Below, piece by piece: positions 57,257-64,000 of a DNA stretch of 64,000 bases. The stretch comes from a virus (taxonomy: Duplodnaviria > Caudoviricetes). The notes beneath the pieces were generated by a model, which had not been told where the DNA came from, did not search any database, and was given only the letters and a program-made list of their open reading frames with translations. Location: the IMG/VR virus record IMGVR_UViG_3300027969_000041. One strand, written 5' to 3'. The position numbers and the translations under genes were made by a program. Each line of letters opens with the position of its first letter. The stretch's first letter is position 1.

Positions 57257-57813
57257 GATTTTACAAACAGTCTAGTTAATATTGGACTGGTTTCGGGGAG
57301 TGGGCCGCCGTAAAACACTGACATATCAAAATTGCTCCAGTTTGAGGCAGTCATACCTGTTGCTACAGAATCCAATACTTGCAATCCATTTACGGCAGAT
57401 TGTGTAACTAACGTATCATCACCAAGTTGTTCATCGGTTAAACCTGTAACTCGCGTACCCCGATTAGTTAACATTTCCTCACCCGACCTTACAAATTTTT
57501 TATAAAGATCTATTGAAATTTCGTCGTTAATACTCTTGAAGAACCAAACTCTTGTTCCAATTGGAGATTTTTCTAATAATGTTGAAAGCAGGTGGCCTGC
57601 TGCCCCAGTTCTAGAAACCGTTAACACATATTCTCCAGACTCGGACTCGGTATATGTTTTGTCAAACATAAGATTAAAAATTTCATCAAATGATCGATAA
57701 ATTAGAGTTCTAGCAAACGAACCTATAAATCTATTGATACTCAGATCATCATCTAAAGTATCTTTAAGAAGCGCATTTGTTCCGTCTAGTCCGACAAAAA
57801 TATTAAGTCTCAT
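57253..57813 (-). CDS. Hypothetical protein
   Basis: 186-aa ORF, no motif recognised. Confidence 0.7.
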   Translation of the reverse strand: MRLNIFVGLDGTNALLKDTLDDDLSINRFIGSFARTLIYRSFDEIFNLMFDKTYTESESGEYVLTVSRTGAAGHLLSTLLEKSPIGTRVWFFKSINDEISIDLYKKFVRSGEEMLTNRGTRVTGLTDEQLGDDTLVTQSAVNGLQVLDSVATGMTASNWSNFDMSVFYGGPLPETSPILTRLFVKS

Positions 57814-57845
57814 ATGTTATTTCCTAGTAGTAAACACAGTTATAA

Positions 57846-58763
57846 TTATTTAGTTGAGTTTTTTGATGCCTGTACAATAAAGTTAATTTGTTCTAGCCAT
57901 TCTCGCCCGTGTCTCTGTTTAAGCAATTCTTCAACTTTAATTTCATTATGGCGATCTATTGCTGTAGCGTTTGCTTGTAATAATTTATTGTTAAAATCTG
58001 TAATGTCCGTACACGGGGTATATGTATTAGTTAATATACCTAGGGCACAACCTTTACCAGCGTTTGTATAAACATCAACTACATCTCTTGGATTTGCTAT
58101 GCCTTTTACAACAATATCTATATCGTTATTGTCTATGTAATTTAAAAAATCTAGATCGTTAGATAATCCTAATTCCAATAGTATATTTGGCACAGACGAA
58201 TAAAATTGTATGGGAATTAAATTTTCTTTTGCAAAACTTAGTAGTCCTGCATTTTCTTCTAAGATTTTTTCGTACATGCGTGAGTCGTTGTTGTACCAGG
58301 TATATATAGGAAAGTCAATGTTCCATCCACCTACAAAATGCCACCATTTGAATGCAACTTCGTTGCCGTTGTATGACAAAATAATTTTTGCATCAGGAAA
58401 ATTTTCTCTGAGCCAATTCAAATTGTTTTTGTAACTGAACCAGTGAGACTTGATTATTTTTATACCGGTTTCCCAATTGTCAAATGGTTTTTTAATTTCT
58501 TCTACAAATTCTTCTTTAGACAGTGCGGTAAGATCTTCAAAATTTTCGCCTATTTTATTATAGGGTCCAAAATAAGCCCCTGAGTGATTTCCTACTTTTA
58601 CCACTCTTCCGCTTGGAAAAGTAACATCCATATTATATCTTGGAAGGTTATCTTTATCGCTGTTATTAATAGACGGGTGTAGTCCAATTAACGCTAAAAT
58701 TCTACTCCACTTTGATCCAGGTGCACCTGTTGCAAAAATTAAATCTTGTCCTGTATAATTCAT
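57846..58763 (-). CDS. P-loop sulfotransferase/kinase-like protein (GAPGSKWS family)
   Basis: TGAPGSKWS, GAYFGP, IKSHWF, GGWNIDFP.Y; paralogue of 62997-63701. Confidence 0.6.
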   Translation of the reverse strand: MNYTGQDLIFATGAPGSKWSRILALIGLHPSINNSDKDNLPRYNMDVTFPSGRVVKVGNHSGAYFGPYNKIGENFEDLTALSKEEFVEEIKKPFDNWETGIKIIKSHWFSYKNNLNWLRENFPDAKIILSYNGNEVAFKWWHFVGGWNIDFPIYTWYNNDSRMYEKILEENAGLLSFAKENLIPIQFYSSVPNILLELGLSNDLDFLNYIDNNDIDIVVKGIANPRDVVDVYTNAGKGCALGILTNTYTPCTDITDFNNKLLQANATAIDRHNEIKVEELLKQRHGREWLEQINFIVQASKNSTK

Positions 58764-59407
58764 TTTTTCCATATCCAAAATAATCTGTACGGGCTTCGGC
58801 TCTCTGTATTTGTTTTTAACGCAACTTTGTCTACCCAGTTTTCTTTTTTATCCCCAAATCTATTAGTTCTGGTTATCAACTCTGGCCCTGAGCATAATGT
58901 TAGATTTAATTCCTCTGTCCAACTATGTACTAAGTCGGTACTCCAGCCATAATATATATTTCTAGAATCACTATGATCTTTCATGTTGCCACGAAATATT
59001 GCATATCCACCGGGCTTTAATACTCGTTGCATTTCTAACAGTTGTTTTTCAATTAATTCTGTTGTTCCAAAATTTATACTTCCAAAGCATATAACAACAT
59101 CTGCGGTGTTATCATTGTACGGTATATGCGTTATGTCTGCTTTTATATCTGCAGAATCATTTACTAAATCAATACCTACTAAATTATCAATTAAAGATTT
59201 GTATTGATTATCGCCGCACCCAAGATCTAATACAAGAGACGGAGTAAGTCTGTTGACAAACTCAATCATTTCCATGCCGCATTTTTCGTATTTGTTAATT
59301 CTCTTTTCTATAAACTTAGTCTTGCCAAGTCTCGGATATTGAATTTGATATCTACGTTCGGGAGGAGTAAATGATTCTTTTAATTTTTTCTCTAAATCGT
59401 TGTTCAT
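58760..59407 (-). CDS. Class I SAM-dependent methyltransferase
   Basis: VLDLGCG, GID, FGSINF, RVLKPGG. Confidence 0.9.
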   Translation of the reverse strand: MNNDLEKKLKESFTPPERRYQIQYPRLGKTKFIEKRINKYEKCGMEMIEFVNRLTPSLVLDLGCGDNQYKSLIDNLVGIDLVNDSADIKADITHIPYNDNTADVVICFGSINFGTTELIEKQLLEMQRVLKPGGYAIFRGNMKDHSDSRNIYYGWSTDLVHSWTEELNLTLCSGPELITRTNRFGDKKENWVDKVALKTNTESRSPYRLFWIWKK

Positions 59408-60210
59408 ACTAGGTCAATAGTCCGTGGGCAAGTTTTTAAAAAATTGTAAGTGTTATCAGTTACACGACCAGTTATGTTTAGTGTGGGTCTATTAAAATGA
59501 CTGAAGTTTGCAGTTCCGTGAGGAATATCTCTCCACGGCCATGTTATACAATCTCCCTTCTTCCATGTTAGGTATTCATTGCCTTGTTTCCATACTTGTC
59601 CGTCATGCTGATTATCTAAGAATATAATAACACGCATTAACTTTCTCTGATCGTAATCGCACTCGGCAAATGTTCTATAGTCATCTCTTTGTTTCTTTAA
59701 TATACCACCGAAGTTATCCAGATGCCAGTAAAACATTTGTCCCGGTTTTTGTACATCAAACTTGATATTGGGTTTGCCACCGGTTAATAATGCTGGATGT
59801 TCAAACCCAAACAGATCAGACATTTGTTGCAGTAGTGGCGGTAATTCTGCATGACGTGTTCTGTTAAGTACGGTATAGGAATTTTCACCTTCGACATTAT
59901 AACCCCATCTCTTAAAATCGTTATATTCCATTGAGTTGTTGTTATCTTGTCTAGTTTCTGACCTATAGTCAAATGTTGCAGGGAATGTTTGCTCAGTCAT
60001 TGCTATAACTTCGTCTGCCCAATTTCCCGAAAATCTGCAAATAGGAACAACAACAGGAATTTCTGATGTTGTATCATCTACCGTTGGATCAAAATGATAT
60101 CGGCTAGTTGCTTTGCAAAATTCATAAAGTCCGTCAAATTTCTCGTAAGAAACTGGCTCCGCAGTTTTTAAGTTTGACCATAACTCGTAGGGGCTTTTAT
60201 CGAAATCCAT
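59404..60210 (-). CDS. 2OG-Fe(II) dioxygenase-like (cupin) protein
   Basis: PGQMFYWHLD..IPHGTAN..R; start at a TAATG overlap. Confidence 0.75.
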   Translation of the reverse strand: MDFDKSPYELWSNLKTAEPVSYEKFDGLYEFCKATSRYHFDPTVDDTTSEIPVVVPICRFSGNWADEVIAMTEQTFPATFDYRSETRQDNNNSMEYNDFKRWGYNVEGENSYTVLNRTRHAELPPLLQQMSDLFGFEHPALLTGGKPNIKFDVQKPGQMFYWHLDNFGGILKKQRDDYRTFAECDYDQRKLMRVIIFLDNQHDGQVWKQGNEYLTWKKGDCITWPWRDIPHGTANFSHFNRPTLNITGRVTDNTYNFLKTCPRTIDLV

Positions 60211-60818
60211 TATAATTTTCTCCATACCCAATATAGTCTAAACGGATTTCCGCCATTACTTCTATCAAGTTTTTGTTTTTGTTTGGTATGAACTTTGCCA
60301 ACAACTTCTAAATTAAATTTGTTGCTAAAATATTCAATATCAGTATCTTCCCAAAAATAGTTATTCTTAAAAGTTGAGGTTAATTGATTCTCAGAATATT
60401 GATCCCATTTTTTTATAACACGCATAAAAATATGTCCATTAGTTTTAACCCACGAAAGTGCTTTATCTAAATTCTTTTCTACGTAATCTCTGTTAACAAA
60501 TTGTATACTACCTAGACATAATAATACATCAACTGAATTTACTTCTATAGGTGCATCTAAAATTGTTGATTGAAAATCTATATTAGGAAATGGATTTGCA
60601 TCAAATCCTATTAGATTTTTAATTTTGTGTTTCCACTTATTATGCCCGCAGCCTGCATCAACTACTAGGCCGGGTTCTAATTTATTAACAGCATCTACTA
60701 ACCATTTTTGATTCCAAGACTGTCGTTCACTAATAGTCTCAGGATCTTTCTTATTACTCCAGGAGTCGGGATTATATTTTTTATCTAGTCCTAATTCCCA
60801 GTATGGATCTGTTTTCAT
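60210..60818 (-). CDS. Class I SAM-dependent methyltransferase
   Basis: VVDAGCG, GFD, LGSIQF. Confidence 0.85.
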   Translation of the reverse strand: MKTDPYWELGLDKKYNPDSWSNKKDPETISERQSWNQKWLVDAVNKLEPGLVVDAGCGHNKWKHKIKNLIGFDANPFPNIDFQSTILDAPIEVNSVDVLLCLGSIQFVNRDYVEKNLDKALSWVKTNGHIFMRVIKKWDQYSENQLTSTFKNNYFWEDTDIEYFSNKFNLEVVGKVHTKQKQKLDRSNGGNPFRLYWVWRKL

Positions 60819-60838
60819 TAATTATATCTTTTGATTAT

Positions 60839-61195
60839 TTAAGTAAAGAGATTACCGAAGATAAAATAATCACAGACAAAAGTTAGTTCTGCACCTATGA
60901 ATACTGCAATCCAATAGTTTCCTATCCAACTCCATAGTTTGCGTATTACCCACCAAGCCGCTAATACTCTTAATGTGTATAAGGCATCATGCTGTAGATA
61001 ATCTAATACACCGGGTAATGCTACTGCATTAAAATAATATCCAAACACAAAAGTATCGTAGGCATAGCTGGCCTGGGCCATAACAAAAACTGCCGCAAAG
61101 AACGGCAGGAATTTGTTTAATAGTTTGACTGCAGGCCCGCTAACAATGAGCCTGTAGCTAACATAGGTAATGTTGGCAATTAGTAGTTCGAACAA
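60839..61195 (-). CDS. Membrane protein
   Basis: Three to four hydrophobic segments; TTG start. Confidence 0.7.
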   Translation of the reverse strand: MFELLIANITYVSYRLIVSGPAVKLLNKFLPFFAAVFVMAQASYAYDTFVFGYYFNAVALPGVLDYLQHDALYTLRVLAAWWVIRKLWSWIGNYWIAVFIGAELTFVCDYFIFGNLFT

Positions 61196-61197
61196 TT

Positions 61198-62157
61198 TTA
61201 TTCAGGTTTAATTTTTTTTGCAAACGGTTGCCATTGTTCGCGTAATCTATGCATCCCTGCTCGGACTCCTTCCGGAGTCTGTTCTTTAGGACTAATGAAT
61301 ATAAATTGTTCATCGTATCGTTCTTTTGTTTCTTTTGAATTAAGAACAGGAATAAAATTCTTGTGGTACCAATCCTGTACTTCTTCTGGAGTATTCTTTG
61401 GCAATATTAAATTCCAGCAAGCGTATACATTTAATCCGGGAATATAGTCCTTTATTAATTTGGCTTTTTCTAACCCCGGCATCGGTTGTTCCCCTGCGAG
61501 TGCAATTAATTTGATCTTTCCTGACTTAACCATCTGTGCGCCTACTGCAATAGGAAACACTCCAAATTCAACCTGCCCTGCTAGTACGTCAGTCATAGCC
61601 TGTGCGGGCCCTTTATACATAATAGTTTCAACAGTATCTTTATTAGGTTTGATTTTTGTAACCATATATTCAACAGCTAATTTATGCCCAGATCCGCCAA
61701 CAGCAAAATTAATCGGCCGACTACCCGACTTAATTTCAGCAATTAATTTTTCCGGGGTATCGATGTCTGATCCTAATTTGGCATAAATCCCTAATGGACT
61801 TTTACCCATATTTGTAACAGGAACAAAATCCATAGCATTAAATTTTACATAGTTTGGATACCAAATTTCTGCAGTAACGTATGTACTTTGACATGCAGGG
61901 ATACCGATATAATGACCGTCATTTTTTAATGTATTAAGATGATTCATTGCAATAGTATCACCTGCTCCTGGCTTATAATCAAATACAAATTTGACTTTTG
62001 CCTTTTCTTCCACCTGTTTAGCTAGAATTCTAAATGCAATTTCGTTGCCAGCGCCCGGTGCATTAGGAACAACAACGGTGATAGGTGCCGACGGTTCCCA
62101 AGCATGTGCAAATATTGCACTACCTAATAATAAAATCGCTGTTAAGAATTTTTTCAT
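61198..62157 (-). CDS. Bug/TctC-family solute-binding protein
   Basis: Signal peptide, VVPNAPGAG, KPGAG, YKGPAQAMTDVLAGQV. Confidence 0.92.
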   Translation of the reverse strand: MKKFLTAILLLGSAIFAHAWEPSAPITVVVPNAPGAGNEIAFRILAKQVEEKAKVKFVFDYKPGAGDTIAMNHLNTLKNDGHYIGIPACQSTYVTAEIWYPNYVKFNAMDFVPVTNMGKSPLGIYAKLGSDIDTPEKLIAEIKSGSRPINFAVGGSGHKLAVEYMVTKIKPNKDTVETIMYKGPAQAMTDVLAGQVEFGVFPIAVGAQMVKSGKIKLIALAGEQPMPGLEKAKLIKDYIPGLNVYACWNLILPKNTPEEVQDWYHKNFIPVLNSKETKERYDEQFIFISPKEQTPEGVRAGMHRLREQWQPFAKKIKPE

Positions 62158-62258
62158 GTTTATATAATCTCCTTAAATATATTTAATAGAAAAAAACAAA
62201 AGTTTTAATGAATTTTGAAACTTCTGATGAAATATTTAACAAAAATAGGAATTTTTTA

Positions 62259-62993
62259 ATGAATACTAGAATTTTTAATCTAATTGTAAAAAAATTAGAA
62301 ATCGCATTTAATTTGCCCAAGTATCAGACAGTTATAGACACTTTAGACAAAACAACCGATCTAGACAGTTTACCATGGACTCCTGCACGTTTTGACAAGT
62401 TTAGGGAATCTATTAAAAAGGAACTTCAATTTAGTGTCGTAGACCTAACAGGTACAGTTAATGAAGTTGTAGATCGCTTAGATAAGAAATACCTAAATCG
62501 ATTCTTTGGAGAAATTTGGAAACCAACTACTGAGATATATCAGTATAGCGGATGGGGATTAGTTGAAGAAATTAATAAAACAGATCCTAAGTCTGTATTA
62601 GATTTTGGGTGTGGATACAATCCGTTCAAAGGTCGTATTAAAAACCTAGTAGGTATTGATCCATATAATAATTGTGCAGACTATATGGTTGATATTTTAG
62701 AGTTCAAAGTACCTCCTGAAAGTTTTGATCATATCATTGTTTTTGGCAGTTTGAATTTTAATAGCCGTGATGAAATCAATGAAAGATTTGCAAAATTAGT
62801 CAGTGTACTAATGCCCAGAGGTAAAATGTATTTTAGAGCCAACCCCGGGATACTATGGCCTGATGGTCCTTATGTTGACATATTTCCGTGGTCGTTTGAA
62901 GTTGCCTTCGAACTAGGACAAACACATAACTTAACCTTGGAAACTTTCAAGAAAGATAACAATAATAGATTGTACTTTGTTTATAAGAAATAA
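62259..62993 (+). CDS. Class I methyltransferase with N-terminal helical (ACP-like?) domain
   Basis: VLDFGCG, GID, FGSLNF; start moved to 62259 after AGGA. Confidence 0.85.
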   Translation: MNTRIFNLIVKKLEIAFNLPKYQTVIDTLDKTTDLDSLPWTPARFDKFRESIKKELQFSVVDLTGTVNEVVDRLDKKYLNRFFGEIWKPTTEIYQYSGWGLVEEINKTDPKSVLDFGCGYNPFKGRIKNLVGIDPYNNCADYMVDILEFKVPPESFDHIIVFGSLNFNSRDEINERFAKLVSVLMPRGKMYFRANPGILWPDGPYVDIFPWSFEVAFELGQTHNLTLETFKKDNNNRLYFVYKK

Positions 62994-62996
62994 AAT

Positions 62997-63701
62997 TTAT
63001 AATTTATTTTGATTATAAATTGCAATACTTACATCTTTAGTACCTTCTGTGTGGATCAAATGTTTGTAGACCCAATCTTGTTCTACAGTATTCTCAATTT
63101 GATCCACGGTCCAATCAAAGGTTGATTTTAGATAATCTGCTGTTAGTGGTTGGATCTCAACATTCCTGCTGTTGCAGAAATTAATAATCCTGTTATTGTG
63201 TTCTGCTATCATTGCCTTCATGGTATCATCGTCTTTGTAATAAGGACGATAATCTGGATAACTAATGTTCCATCCACCTGCCCCGAACCATCCTTGTTCA
63301 CATTTTATGTCGGGGCGCAAGATCATAATGATTGGATTATTGGGCCACGTATCTGCAATATAATCTAAGTTGTGAGAGAAGAAATGGCTTTTGACTAGCA
63401 GCCTGCCGTAGCTAGAGTCTGTCCATTCTCGAGCAATACTATTTTCTACAACCTCTGGATCGAGTAAATTAATGTTGTGAAAGTCTTCTCCATATCCGTG
63501 TCCTGGTCCAAAGTAGACACCTGTATGGGTTATACTTCTTGCCAGTGGAGTTGGCCCAGTGTGCGTATATTCTCTTTCAGGAGATCGGTCTGTAATATTA
63601 AAATTTAACGACTTAATGGCTTGTAAAATATTAGCACTTCCACTCCATTTTGATCCGGGAGCTCCGGTAAACCATACTAGTCTTTCTGATAGATTATTCA
63701 T
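62997..63701 (-). CDS. P-loop sulfotransferase/kinase-like protein (GAPGSKWS family)
   Basis: TGAPGSKWS, GVYFGP, VKSHFF, GGWNISYP.Y. Confidence 0.6.
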   Translation of the reverse strand: MNNLSERLVWFTGAPGSKWSGSANILQAIKSLNFNITDRSPEREYTHTGPTPLARSITHTGVYFGPGHGYGEDFHNINLLDPEVVENSIAREWTDSSYGRLLVKSHFFSHNLDYIADTWPNNPIIMILRPDIKCEQGWFGAGGWNISYPDYRPYYKDDDTMKAMIAEHNNRIINFCNSRNVEIQPLTADYLKSTFDWTVDQIENTVEQDWVYKHLIHTEGTKDVSIAIYNQNKL

Positions 63702-63711
63702 TTAGATTATA

Positions 63712-64000
63712 TTAAAAAACTTTAACACCATTAATATCTTGCCAACGAAGGGCATCGTTCCATGAATTCACCAAAGGCTCGCCTTTAACATTCATGCTAG
63801 TATTCATTAAAATTGGACATCCACTAGCTTTATACCATGCTTCTAATAGTGCCCTAAACCTAGGGTTATCTTCTTTTTCCACAGTTTGTACCCTACTTGT
63901 ACCGTCAACATGACAGATTCCGGGCAGTAAATCGGGCCGTTTACAACGAGCCACAAACTGCATATATGGGCTAGATTTTACTGGCATATCAAAATATAGT
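63712..64000 (-). CDS. Carbamoyltransferase (NodU/CmcH-type), C-terminal part; gene runs off the window
   Basis: SPYM, HVDGTSRVQTV, LMNTSMNVKGEPLV. Confidence 0.93.
   Translation of the reverse strand, partial: LYFDMPVKSSPYMQFVARCKRPDLLPGICHVDGTSRVQTVEKEDNPRFRALLEAWYKASGCPILMNTSMNVKGEPLVNSWNDALRWQDINGVKVF

Noticed and set aside
1-64000. Stop-codon reassignment
   Set aside because: Known genes are full length and tightly packed in the standard code, and TAA, TGA and TAG all end genes normally.
1-64000. tRNA, rRNA, integrase or transposase genes
   Set aside because: Intergenic gaps are short, and no cloverleaf or recombinase motifs were seen by eye; tRNAscan-SE would be needed to exclude them formally.

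Overview
64 kb of an AT-rich, gene-dense, large lytic dsDNA phage (T4-like/jumbo-type Caudoviricetes) in the standard genetic code. The host is probably a Gram-negative proteobacterium (spanins, ClpA, YccA, TctC/Bug, sigma70 promoters). Nearly all genes are on the minus strand. Modules in order: family B DNA polymerase; a putative virion-cargo operon (3986-13058); ClpA/PDF/DnaJ; a lysis cassette (3TM holin, GH19 endolysin, spanins); PhoH; an RFC-type clamp loader; GroES; a mini-DnaE fragment; Ig-like and collagen tail/baseplate genes; UvsE; small early genes with QueD, ClpP, a RyR-domain protein and YccA; glyco genes and FolE; and a terminal tailoring-enzyme cluster (55.2-64 kb). Main leads: (1) the cargo operon, whose proteins carry T4-like capsid-targeting N-termini and Glu cleavage junctions, with ART-like, deaminase, SOD and triple-nucleotidyltransferase domains; (2) a 15-bp DNA repeat (CAAGGWGTGGCGGAA, encoding QGVAE) at domain junctions, suggesting cassette shuffling; (3) a preQ1-I-like riboswitch candidate before queD and a compact pseudoknot before folE; (4) the enzyme cluster; (5) sigma70 promoters built inside terminator-like hairpins. 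All family calls come from motif recognition by eye; no database search was run. No tRNA, rRNA, CRISPR array, integrase or transposase was recognised.
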